From Candidatus Gastranaerophilales bacterium (GTDB taxonomy: Bacteria; Cyanobacteriota; Vampirovibrionia; Gastranaerophilales; Gastranaerophilaceae): a DNA stretch of 64,000 nt. A program made the translations under genes and the position numbers. This document shows, in pieces, positions 34,199 through 43,498 of the stretch; positions within the stretch are counted from its first letter, which is position 1, and each line of letters begins with the position of its first letter. Below the pieces are notes generated by a model, which was not told the origin of the DNA, searched no databases, and saw nothing but the letters and a program-made list of their open reading frames with translations. The stretch is taken from positions 11,481-75,480 of the forward strand of contig CAJUNK010000013.1 in assembly GCA_910587815.1 (NCBI GenBank). The letters are read 5' to 3'.

Positions 34199-35397
34199 GT
34201 TTTATAGATTCTATATCGTTTTCTGAAATATTTGCGGTATTTTGGTATGCAGCATAATGTTTTTAGTAAAAAATATATTAGCTGTTTATATTTTATATTT
34301 TTAATTTTTGGATATATAAACTTAACTATAAGTTGATTTAGCTTGTCTGTATCGACATCATCTTTTATATAACTGTATTTTTGCTTATCTGAATAAGCAG
34401 ATAGCCAATTTACTATAAAATCAAAATAATATTTTCTGTAATTTATTTTTTTATCTGGCAATTTGAATTCTAATTTATTAAATAATTTACGTAAATCATT
34501 AGTTGTTGTGATTAAAAACGGGCCGACTGTGTGTAATACAGGCAGCGGATTGACATTAGCATTGATTGTGTATAATATAGTATCTTTCTTTTTGAAATAT
34601 TCTTCTTGCTGTAAATTGCGTCCACTTCTTTCTAGTTGAATTATCGTTGCATTGTTTTTGCAGAATACTGCATTTAATGGCAAGGTTCCATTTAATGCTG
34701 CCATATATGTGCAATTTTTATAATAAGAAATTTGTTCTTCTAAAGACATTTTTTCCGGGTGCAGTATTTTAAAATCATTAAGTTTAAAGATTTTCTCTAA
34801 TTCTTCTTCGTTAATACTGGAATCATTAAAGTTTGTGCGCGATAAATATATTTTTTTTGTATTTTTAGCTTGAACTTTATTTGCTACATATTCAAATGGA
34901 TATAAATATTCGTTTTTTACAATATATTTTAAGTACATTGCAGACATTTCAGGAATTATAACTTCTTTAAATTGAGTATGTTTATTTATGTAAATTATAT
35001 TCTTCTTATCAATGTCTAAAAGATTAAAAAAATCTACCATATATTGTGCTGGTTTATTAAGAATTGAAAAAGCTATTTTATAGTCTTGTGGATTATTTTT
35101 TAAATAATAATATAGTCTGGTTGTTCCTTCTAGGATAAAATGTCCATAATGTGACATTAACCAGCCACCGTATATCACTGTTTCATTTATAAATGGCATA
35201 TTTGATGGTATATTTGGGTTTCTAATTGAAAAGTCGTTGTTATCAAAACTTGTTCTTGTGTATGAAATATCTATAATTTTTCCGTCATGTGTACAGACGC
35301 AAGAATTTGAGATATTGTTTTCGTGCATTTCTGGTAAAATAATTCCATTCTGAATGCTTATAGAAGTTAAAGTATCTTTTTGATATTCAAAGGTCAT
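34177..35397 (-). CDS. GT61/DUF563-type glycosyltransferase, C-terminus replaced by phage-end sequence
   Basis: YGGWLMSHYGHFILEGTTRLYY is a DUF563 motif. The last 6 codons plus stop (VKRLEV*) lie inside the prophage terminal repeat (34197-34177). Confidence 0.75.
   Translation of the reverse strand: MTFEYQKDTLTSISIQNGIILPEMHENNISNSCVCTHDGKIIDISYTRTSFDNNDFSIRNPNIPSNMPFINETVIYGGWLMSHYGHFILEGTTRLYYYLKNNPQDYKIAFSILNKPAQYMVDFFNLLDIDKKNIIYINKHTQFKEVIIPEMSAMYLKYIVKNEYLYPFEYVANKVQAKNTKKIYLSRTNFNDSSINEEELEKIFKLNDFKILHPEKMSLEEQISYYKNCTYMAALNGTLPLNAVFCKNNATIIQLERSGRNLQQEEYFKKKDTILYTINANVNPLPVLHTVGPFLITTTNDLRKLFNKLEFKLPDKKINYRKYYFDFIVNWLSAYSDKQKYSYIKDDVDTDKLNQLIVKFIYPKIKNIKYKQLIYFLLKTLCCIPKYRKYFRKRYRIYKTVKRLEV
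34199..34203. repeat. target-site duplication GTTTT (right copy)
   Basis: Identical to 2811-2815. Confidence 0.8.
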
Positions 35398-35933
35398 TTA
35401 TTGATTCCTTGTCTAAAATTTTCTTTTTCTATTGAAAGGTGAGCTATATCTTTATATTCGCCATTTTTGTAAATATGATTTTTAAATAATCCATCCTGAA
35501 CAAAACCGATTTTTTTATAAGAATTTAGCGCCCTTAAATTATCTGCAAAAACTTCACAATATACCTTATTTAAATTCAGGTGATTAAAAGCGTATTCTAA
35601 GATAAGCTTAATTGCCTGTGTACCAAGGCCTTTACCCCTTGAAGAATCATTTGCAATTAAAACCCTTCCCATTTCGCATTTTTTATTTCTTAAATCAATA
35701 TCAAGCAAAGATATCATACCAATATCTATATTGGAATCATTTTCTGTGATTATAAAATTGATTTCATTTGTTTTATTTAAGCAGTTTTGAACCCAGCTTT
35801 TATTAGAATAGCTGCTATTTGGTGTGTATTCATAAAAATAATCATAATTATCTTCAAAAAAGCGCCATTTGCGCAGTATATCAGAATCTTCAAGTTCTAA
35901 TGGTCTTAATTTTATATCATTATTTTTTAACAT
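35394..35933 (-). CDS. GNAT family N-acetyltransferase
   Basis: 179 aa from ATG 35933 (AAAGG RBS). RGKGLGTQAIKLILEYAF is an acetyl-CoA-binding motif. The track ORF extends 34 codons further upstream across the G9 tract. Confidence 0.8.
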   Translation of the reverse strand: MLKNNDIKLRPLELEDSDILRKWRFFEDNYDYFYEYTPNSSYSNKSWVQNCLNKTNEINFIITENDSNIDIGMISLLDIDLRNKKCEMGRVLIANDSSRGKGLGTQAIKLILEYAFNHLNLNKVYCEVFADNLRALNSYKKIGFVQDGLFKNHIYKNGEYKDIAHLSIEKENFRQGINK

Positions 35934-36000
35934 TATTTTTACCTTTGTGTTTTGATTATTTTTTATGCGGCGGCAAGTTTTTGCAATTTGAAAATTCTTA

Positions 36001-37164
36001 TTACCCCCCCCCATTGATGCAGGATGGTTTTGCATATTTTTTCACCATATCGCAGATATATTGAACGTCTTCAAAAGTAAGGTGCATGTGTATTGGCAGA
36101 GATAATATGCTTTCTGATGCTTTTAGAGAATTTGGACAAGTGCCTTTTGCATAAGAATACATACGATATTCTGTATTATCACGGTAATGCACGCCTGGGT
36201 ATATGCCGCATTCATTTAATGCAAGCAAAAGTTCATCTCTGTTATTTACAATAACTTGATAAAGGTGTCTTGATGAAATACAATCTTGTGCCATTTTAAT
36301 TGGTTTTATTGAATCAAAATTTTTAAAACCTTCATCATACCATTGTGCCAGCGTTCTTCTGTAGGAATTATCTCTGTCTAAATATTTTAATGAAACAAGA
36401 CCGATTGATGCCATTATGGAATTTCCGTGGTTTTTGTGTCCTAAATATTCTACATCATATTTCCATTTATAAGCACCAGTGCCTGCTGTTCTTGCAAATG
36501 TATCTTTATTTATGCCAAGCCAGGATTTTTTTCTTGCAATTTCATCACATTTTTCTTCTTTGAAACATATCATACCACTGTCTCCTGTGGGACAATTTTT
36601 TACAGCCTGGAAAGAATAAACTATAACATCTGCATTTTTTCCAGGTAGTGTACCATCTTGGTATCTTGTGCCTGCCATGTGCGCAGCGTCTAAAATTAGG
36701 GCAAGATTATTTTCTTTGCATATATTTTCAATTTCTTTCAAACGACCTGTATTTCCGCCAAGGCCTACAAAAATTACAGCTTTTGTTTTATCTGTTATTC
36801 TTTCTTTAACAGATTTTGGGTCCAGGCATAAATATTCATCAACATCTGCAAAAACAGCTTTCATATTATTATATAAAATGGCGTGATTTGTTGAAATAAA
36901 TGTCATAGGTGTTGTTATAATTTCATCGCCATCAGCCCAGCCTTTTGTTTCTTTTAAAATATCTATTGCCATATCAAGGCCTACTGTTGCAGAATTTAGA
37001 TAATGCGCAAAAGGTAATCCTGTATAATTTTTCCAAGCTTCTTCAAATTGAACTGTTTTAAAGCCTAAGCCCGTCCAGCCTTTTTCCAAGCATTCTCTAA
37101 TTTCATTTAAACATTCTTCAACCCGAAATGTGGGTACAAAAAGCTGTATATTTTTATCGGCCAT
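36001..37164 (-). CDS. DegT/DnrJ/EryC1/StrS-family sugar aminotransferase (PLP-dependent)
   Basis: 387 aa. SFQAVKNCPTGDSG contains the PLP lysine. Typical family length. Confidence 0.85.
   Translation of the reverse strand: MADKNIQLFVPTFRVEECLNEIRECLEKGWTGLGFKTVQFEEAWKNYTGLPFAHYLNSATVGLDMAIDILKETKGWADGDEIITTPMTFISTNHAILYNNMKAVFADVDEYLCLDPKSVKERITDKTKAVIFVGLGGNTGRLKEIENICKENNLALILDAAHMAGTRYQDGTLPGKNADVIVYSFQAVKNCPTGDSGMICFKEEKCDEIARKKSWLGINKDTFARTAGTGAYKWKYDVEYLGHKNHGNSIMASIGLVSLKYLDRDNSYRRTLAQWYDEGFKNFDSIKPIKMAQDCISSRHLYQVIVNNRDELLLALNECGIYPGVHYRDNTEYRMYSYAKGTCPNSLKASESILSLPIHMHLTFEDVQYICDMVKKYAKPSCINGGG
36004..36012 (-). repeat. G9 homopolymer (C9 on the + strand) at the aminotransferase stop
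   Basis: Read directly: AAT GGG GGG GGG TAA on the minus strand. Confidence 0.95.
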
Positions 37165-38423
37165 TATATTTCTCCTTTGCCTTTCAGTTTTAATTTTTGT
37201 TTTAATTTGCCTGTTGTTATCATAGATAGTATACTATAAATAGACTGTAAGAATGTACGTTTAAACTTAATTTTTTTGATTTTTCTTGCCGCTGCTTCAA
37301 ATTCATCTGATGGAATATTAAAATTTTTGTTTGTTCCTACCCAATCTTTTATGAATGGGCTGATAAAATTTGATGGGACGATATTTGTTTTTTTCTTTTT
37401 ATTATATTTAAAACCTTTATCATCGCAAAATTCTTTTAATTCTTCTGTAAAGCCTGCAAGCCAGGGGCCAAAAACATGGGTTGAGGGGTATGGGTTTAGT
37501 GAGCAATCTATTGTATATGTGGTCAATTTTTTGCATTGATCAAATATTTCATGGTGTTCGCATGGTTCAAAGCTTCTGTTTAAAACTATACGTTCTGTAC
37601 CGTTATCACAGAATAGCACCTGGCAGGCAAGAGTTCCTGCCCAGCAGGCAAAGCTTTTTGCCCCCTTTAAAACTGCAATTTGTTCTTTTAGAGACATTTT
37701 TTCAGGGAATAAAATTTTGTATCCGTTTTGTTTAAAGATATCCATAACTTCTTTTTCATTCATTATGGGGCCTCTTGAAATTTTCATACGAGAAAAACAG
37801 ATTTTATCATATTTTGCAGCAGGTACTTTTGATTTCATATAGTCAAAAACCGCAGTATATTCTTTATGCCAGTTTGTTGAGTAATTATAAGCAAGTTCTG
37901 GTACTATTACTTTTTTATATTGAGTTGGCTTTGTAATAAAAGTATCATCATTATATGGGATATCTAAAAGTTCAAAAAATTCTTTAAATTTTCCTCTTGC
38001 ATTTGGCATCACATCAAAAACAACCCTGTATTTATTAGGATTGTGGCTGATGTAATACCATAGCCTTGCCATCGTTTCAATCAAAACGTGTCCGTAAAAT
38101 TCATATAAAACACCACCGTATATTACCGTTTCATCTTTATATTCAGGTTTAATATCAGGTGTATAACCTTCTTGTAACATTCTAAAATCGGTACCAAGTC
38201 TTTTGGTTCCACTTAATTTGCAAAAATTTCCATCACTGTCTATTACACCGCCTTTATGATATTCATTAGTTTTGTATTCATTTATTACAATGAGCGGCAA
38301 AATTATTCCGTTTTCAATTTCATCTACTTGAAGCGCTCTTTTTATTTCTTTATCCTCAAAATAATCTGTGTAGTATTTTTCAGAGGCTTTTGTTATATAT
38401 AGAGGTTTCACTTTTTTCTCCAT
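37164..38423 (-). CDS. GT61/DUF563-type glycosyltransferase (paralogue of 34177-35397)
   Basis: YGGVLYEFYGHVLIETMARLWYY, and PEKMSLKEQI is shared with the paralogue. Confidence 0.75.
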   Translation of the reverse strand: MEKKVKPLYITKASEKYYTDYFEDKEIKRALQVDEIENGIILPLIVINEYKTNEYHKGGVIDSDGNFCKLSGTKRLGTDFRMLQEGYTPDIKPEYKDETVIYGGVLYEFYGHVLIETMARLWYYISHNPNKYRVVFDVMPNARGKFKEFFELLDIPYNDDTFITKPTQYKKVIVPELAYNYSTNWHKEYTAVFDYMKSKVPAAKYDKICFSRMKISRGPIMNEKEVMDIFKQNGYKILFPEKMSLKEQIAVLKGAKSFACWAGTLACQVLFCDNGTERIVLNRSFEPCEHHEIFDQCKKLTTYTIDCSLNPYPSTHVFGPWLAGFTEELKEFCDDKGFKYNKKKKTNIVPSNFISPFIKDWVGTNKNFNIPSDEFEAAARKIKKIKFKRTFLQSIYSILSMITTGKLKQKLKLKGKGEI

Positions 38424-39349
38424 TCTATAAATTTTTTAATTCCTTCTTTGAATGTTGTTTTAGGGCAATAGTTTAGAATATTTTTTGCTTTTGTAATATC
38501 GCTTACTGTTTTATCCACATCCCCAGGCTGCATTGGAAGCCTTTCTATTATTGCTTCTTTATTTAAAACATCTTCTATAGTTTTAATCATTTCATTTAAA
38601 GTTACAGGTGAACCACCACCTATATTTATGATTTCATAAGGGGTTTTGTCATAATTTATAGCTGATATTACGCCATCTATAATGTCATCAATATATGTAT
38701 AATCACGCATTGTAGTGCCATCGCCATATACTGGGATTGGTTTATTTTGTTCAATTAATTCTGTGAATTTTCTAATTGCAAGGTCTGGGCGCTGTTTTGG
38801 ACCATAGACTGTGAAAAATCTTAAACAAACTGCCTGAATGTTATAAAGTTTTGAATAAGTGTATATTATTTGTTCGCAGGCAGATTTTGTTGCAGCATAA
38901 GGTGAAATTGGTTCTGTTACTTTTAGGTCTTCTGTAAATTTTTCAGCTTTACAGTTTCCATAAACAGAACTGGACGATGCAAAAACAAGTTTTTTAACAT
39001 TTGTTTTTTGTATTTTATCTAGAATGTTTGTTGTGCCATAAATGTTTGTTTTAATGTATTCAAGGGGATTTTCTAAAGATGGGCGCACACCGGCACGTGC
39101 TGCAATATGTACCACACAATCAATGTTATTTTCATTGAATATTTTTTCAACAAGGTGTTCATCACAAATATCACCTTTGTATAATTTATAATTTTGATTA
39201 TCCATATTTGTTTTTACATTATTTTCTTTGATTTTTGGGTCGTAATAATCATTAAAATTATCAATTACAATGATTTTGTTTTGTTTTATTAGTTTATCTG
39301 CCAGGGTAGAGCCTATAAAGCCTGCACCGCCTGTGATTAAAATATTCAT
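38408..39349 (-). CDS. NAD-dependent nucleotide-sugar epimerase/dehydratase (SDR, 4-epimerase-like)
   Basis: ILITGGAGFIGS Rossmann motif and SPYAATK catalytic YxxxK. Confidence 0.85.
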   Translation of the reverse strand: MNILITGGAGFIGSTLADKLIKQNKIIVIDNFNDYYDPKIKENNVKTNMDNQNYKLYKGDICDEHLVEKIFNENNIDCVVHIAARAGVRPSLENPLEYIKTNIYGTTNILDKIQKTNVKKLVFASSSSVYGNCKAEKFTEDLKVTEPISPYAATKSACEQIIYTYSKLYNIQAVCLRFFTVYGPKQRPDLAIRKFTELIEQNKPIPVYGDGTTMRDYTYIDDIIDGVISAINYDKTPYEIINIGGGSPVTLNEMIKTIEDVLNKEAIIERLPMQPGDVDKTVSDITKAKNILNYCPKTTFKEGIKKFIEWRKK

Positions 39350-40180
39350 CTATTTGCCTTTCGCATGTTTAAATACATAAAAATTTTTATTATCAGTTCG
39401 TGTATTTTTGAATGTTATATCCTTAATTTTAATATCATTTTTCCAAAATAGATACACAAGTGAAAGCTGGTCTCTTTTTGCATAGTTTAGTACCATATTC
39501 CACCATTCTTCATTTATGTGGATAATTTCAGGCAAATTATGCTTTCTGTATAAAATATTGTTTTCGCAAAGACCATAATTTTTTGGCATGCCTGATTTTT
39601 TAATAAGTTCAAGTTCTTTTTTAATAAGCATATCCTCATCAAGTTTTAGCCTTGAAACTTCTTTGTATTCTTTATATATGCAGTTGCGCATATAATGTTT
39701 TGGCAAGATGAATGGCAGATTTTTTTCTTTTATAAGATTAAAAATGTGCGGGGTCAAAATGTTTATATTTGCATCAATATAAATACTTTCACTGTAATTA
39801 GGAAATAATTTGTGCGGGTTTAATTTGTGCCAGCGGTTGTTTCTGGTATTGTCTGATTTTGTATATTGAAGCGGGCGGATTTCCCAAATGCCGATTTGGC
39901 TTTGTTTGATTTCTTCTTCATTATCTGTAAAACAGATGTAATCCCATTCTTTATTTATGTATTTATAAGTTTTTATTGTGTTTATATCATCATAATTATT
40001 TGTAATGCAGGTATAAATTACAGATTTTGCCTTGCGAGTGTTTTTGTATTCAAGGTATTCTCTAATGTTTTTCAAATCTTCATCTGTTATTTGAAGATTG
40101 GCTTGGTGAAGTGTTGTATTTTTAGCATATTTTTTGTTACGAATAAAATCTATAATATTTTGAAACAGTGCTATTCTCAA
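39350..40180 (-). CDS. DUF616-like putative glycosyltransferase
   Basis: VIYTCITNNYDD resembles the DUF616 signature. Located within the locus. Confidence 0.5.
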   Translation of the reverse strand: MRIALFQNIIDFIRNKKYAKNTTLHQANLQITDEDLKNIREYLEYKNTRKAKSVIYTCITNNYDDINTIKTYKYINKEWDYICFTDNEEEIKQSQIGIWEIRPLQYTKSDNTRNNRWHKLNPHKLFPNYSESIYIDANINILTPHIFNLIKEKNLPFILPKHYMRNCIYKEYKEVSRLKLDEDMLIKKELELIKKSGMPKNYGLCENNILYRKHNLPEIIHINEEWWNMVLNYAKRDQLSLVYLFWKNDIKIKDITFKNTRTDNKNFYVFKHAKGK

Positions 40181-40189
40181 AACTCCTCC

Positions 40190-40810
40190 TTAGAAAAATT
40201 CATGTGTCCAGGTGCAGTTGGATTTTATTAATTTGCAGGGTGTGCCTGTGTAGATTGAATTTTCTTGCAGGCAATCTTTTGAAGCAATGCTGTTTGCCCC
40301 TATAATGCATCCTTTTGCAATTTTTACACCCTTCATTATTGTGGCATTTGTTGCTATCCAAACATTATCTGCTATTTCAATATCTGCACCCTTGTTTATT
40401 ATTTTTTTAGTGTCAATTTCAAAAATAGGATGGGCATCGGATGATTGTACTATAACATTTGGACCCATCATACAATTGTCCCCTATTTTTATATTCAAGT
40501 TTTCTTCTCTGTAGTTTAAAATTCTACAATTTGTATTTGGCAGCAAATTGTGACCTATTTCTATTGTGCCGTTTTTTGACATAGCAGAAATATATATTTT
40601 TCTAAACTTTGTTTTTGAAGATTTAAAAATAACTTTTGCATTATCTGTGCATTCAAGGGTTGAGTTTCTGAATCTGACACAGGGCTCATATAGTATTATT
40701 TCAGCATTCTTGCCGTGGAATTTTATATTCAGCCCACGCACCCAAAATACTCGTCTTTTTTTACCATTTTTATCTATTTTATAAATTTTATTTGAAAACA
40801 TTATTATCAC
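40190..40810 (-). CDS. hexapeptide-repeat acetyltransferase
   Basis: IKIGDNCMMGPNVIV...IEIADNVWIATNATIMKGVKIAKGCIIGANS are LbH repeats. Confidence 0.8.
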   Translation of the reverse strand: MIIMFSNKIYKIDKNGKKRRVFWVRGLNIKFHGKNAEIILYEPCVRFRNSTLECTDNAKVIFKSSKTKFRKIYISAMSKNGTIEIGHNLLPNTNCRILNYREENLNIKIGDNCMMGPNVIVQSSDAHPIFEIDTKKIINKGADIEIADNVWIATNATIMKGVKIAKGCIIGANSIASKDCLQENSIYTGTPCKLIKSNCTWTHEFF

Positions 40811-40816
40811 CTTAAA

Positions 40817-41551
40817 TTATTTTTTATTGCAAAGTCTTAAATTTACACCCAAAAAGCGCATTTTTACGCAATTGGTATATTCTTTTATTGAAAAAATATT
40901 TTCATACCATTTTGTGGTTAATTTTTTATATGTGCATTTATCTTTTTTAATAATGGGGCTTAAATTTTTTGAAGAACTTGTAAGGCTTCCAAAATGCAGT
41001 ATTTTTTGACCTTCTATTGTGTAGTTTTGATAGCCATTTTTCTTTAATTCATCAAAAATATAACAATCACCATACATTATTTTTAATTCTTCAGGAATGA
41101 CTGGGTATGAAGCTTTGTGAAGAAATATTGCAATTCCAAAACCAAAATCTATAAAATCAATAGGGTGTAATTTTATCTCAGCATTTTCAGGTTTTTTGAT
41201 TGTATTATTTATTGGAATAACAGCTTTGCTTGAATACCCTAAAACGCCTGCATTTTCTGGAAATGCGGCCAAAAGCGATGTGCAAAAATTGTCTGCAATT
41301 ATAATATCATCATTTAAAATGCCAACAGTATCGTATTTTGCTTCTTTAATTCCTAAATTCCACGCAGGGTTTACGTAAATATTATCATCGGGTGTTATTA
41401 TCCGCATTTTATCATAAGAAAATTCAAGAGGTTTAATTGCATTGTTTATTATGATAATTTCACCCACAGAATTATCATCATTGAGGGTTTTAACTAAATT
41501 TTTAAGAATATCAATACGCTTTTGCATGGTTGGGATAATAATTGAAATCAT
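40817..41551 (-). CDS. glycosyltransferase family 2
   Basis: The N-terminus MISIIIPT and GILNDD are typical of GT-A enzymes. Confidence 0.7.
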   Translation of the reverse strand: MISIIIPTMQKRIDILKNLVKTLNDDNSVGEIIIINNAIKPLEFSYDKMRIITPDDNIYVNPAWNLGIKEAKYDTVGILNDDIIIADNFCTSLLAAFPENAGVLGYSSKAVIPINNTIKKPENAEIKLHPIDFIDFGFGIAIFLHKASYPVIPEELKIMYGDCYIFDELKKNGYQNYTIEGQKILHFGSLTSSSKNLSPIIKKDKCTYKKLTTKWYENIFSIKEYTNCVKMRFLGVNLRLCNKK

Positions 41552-42513
41552 TTTTGCTCCAAATAATTTTTGTACAGATAATCAAAAGGTTTTGTGTAGT
41601 TTTGAACTCTTTTATAATTATCTAAAACAGCATTCAGGCGGTTTTCATATTCTTCTTTTGTACATTGTTTTAATATTTTTTCAATATCAGATTTTGTTGT
41701 GATTTTAATAATCCCATCAGGATTGAAGAATTCATCTACCTTTGTTGCACCCAAATATATTGGTATTGTTTGGTTTGCAAGTGCGCAGATTAATCTTTCT
41801 GTAAAAAGGTATGGTTCTATAAAATTTTCAATGCAGATAGAGAATCTGTAATTACGAAGGGTGTCATCAATTGTGACTAAAGAACCCTTATCAAATGTTC
41901 CAAAAGTATCGGCGAGATTTTCTTTTTTACATTTCCAGGCCAGGTCATATCTGAATTTATGAAGTTTGCACATCAATTTATCCGATGATAGTATTGAAAC
42001 ATTTTTGCTTTTTGTTTTATAAATATCAGAAGGAGCCATTGTGCCATTGTAAAGGGTTGCGCCAAATGGCACAAAACGCGCATTGTCAATTTTATTTAAA
42101 ATGTCTTCTGAGTATGTAAAAATAAGGTCAAAATCTTTTTCTAAACCTTTAAATTTATCAAAAAGTTTATATGATTTTGGCACAATGGCAGGGGTTTCTG
42201 TTAAAAAGCCATATTTTCTATCAGGCATCCCTTGTGTTTCAAGCATGGATTCATGAGAATAAAAATGGGTTTTATGTGAAAAATTGTATCTATCCCACAT
42301 AAAATATCTTGAATCGCGGTATGGATGAGTGCGGTAGTGTTTATCTCTTATAAAAAATATTTCAAGTTTTTCGCCAAATTCATTATAGAGGTTTGAATCT
42401 CCTTCTTCAAAAGGGGCTCTTGTGTTGTAATTTGGCAAATAGCAGTGGCCATAATATTTATGTTTTTTTTGTCTTTGTTTTGTTTTTAAATATCTGAGTA
42501 TATTATTAAACAT
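41548..42513 (-). CDS. GT10-like alpha-1,3/4-fucosyltransferase
   Basis: YRFSICIENFIEPYLFTERLICALANQTIPIYLG matches the GT10 motif (F-x-L-x-FEN...Y-x-TEK...IPIY-G) known from Helicobacter FutA/B. Confidence 0.65.
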   Translation of the reverse strand: MFNNILRYLKTKQRQKKHKYYGHCYLPNYNTRAPFEEGDSNLYNEFGEKLEIFFIRDKHYRTHPYRDSRYFMWDRYNFSHKTHFYSHESMLETQGMPDRKYGFLTETPAIVPKSYKLFDKFKGLEKDFDLIFTYSEDILNKIDNARFVPFGATLYNGTMAPSDIYKTKSKNVSILSSDKLMCKLHKFRYDLAWKCKKENLADTFGTFDKGSLVTIDDTLRNYRFSICIENFIEPYLFTERLICALANQTIPIYLGATKVDEFFNPDGIIKITTKSDIEKILKQCTKEEYENRLNAVLDNYKRVQNYTKPFDYLYKNYLEQK

Positions 42514-43399
42514 TGTTTTTTGTCTTTCTTTGCAGTCTGAATTTCACGCCAAGTATGGTTGCTATTTTAAATTTTTTATCACCCTGCCATTCATTTCTGA
42601 TTGAAAAAATATTTTCAAAAAAGTTTCCCTTCTTTTTAAAATGGTTGGAAACTGTATTTAAAATCTTTGTTTGAAGGATTTTATCATCTGTAAGCGTTGA
42701 AATTATCATTGTTTTAATTTCTTTATCGGCTTTTGCGGCATCATTTCCTTTTGTGTGGCAAAGAGATGTATTTTCCCTTCTATACATTAATAAAACCTCT
42801 TGCAGGCTATGAAATTTAAGCCCTGAAAGCATTGCGCACGTCCAAAGATTATAATCTTCAGATGTAGGAAGGGTTTCATTATATTTTAGATTATTTTTTT
42901 TAAAATCTTTAAGCCTTAACACAGCGCATCCTTGTGTAAATTTGCATCCGCCAAGAAAATCTAAAAATTTTGGATTGGATGGGTTTTTTATAATTTTTTT
43001 GTGCGGAAATCTTTCCACCCAAGCGCTTACGGCAGAAATTTCAGAATTGTTTTCTAAAAAATTTATCTGTTTTTGAAATCTTTCGGGCAGTGAAATATCA
43101 TCTGCATCCTGGAACGCTGAATATTTTCCTTTTGCCAAATCAAGTAATTTATTCCTTGTTTTTGAAACACCAAGATTTTTTTCATTTCTGTAAAATTTTA
43201 TCCTGTCATCATTAAAACTTTTAATAACAGGTTCAATATCATCTTTGGAACCGTCATCTAAAATAATAAGTTCAAAATCAGAAAATGTTTGGTTTAAAAT
43301 GCTTTGAATAGATTCTTTTAAAGATTCTTCTTTTGTATTATAAACAGGCATTAGAACGGAAAGTACAGGAATATCATCGTTTTGATTTATTTGTGCCAT
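42506..43399 (-). CDS. glycosyltransferase family 2
   Basis: LSVLMPVYN...ELIILDDGS...QDADD. Confidence 0.8.
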   Translation of the reverse strand: MAQINQNDDIPVLSVLMPVYNTKEESLKESIQSILNQTFSDFELIILDDGSKDDIEPVIKSFNDDRIKFYRNEKNLGVSKTRNKLLDLAKGKYSAFQDADDISLPERFQKQINFLENNSEISAVSAWVERFPHKKIIKNPSNPKFLDFLGGCKFTQGCAVLRLKDFKKNNLKYNETLPTSEDYNLWTCAMLSGLKFHSLQEVLLMYRRENTSLCHTKGNDAAKADKEIKTMIISTLTDDKILQTKILNTVSNHFKKKGNFFENIFSIRNEWQGDKKFKIATILGVKFRLQRKTKNNV

Positions 43400-43498
43400 T
43401 TTTATTAAAATCCCGCTCTAAAAACTCTTATTTTATGGTATCAAATAAAGGGCTAAAGTCAATTTTTGAACACTGTGCAGCCGGTTTTTAGCAAAAAC

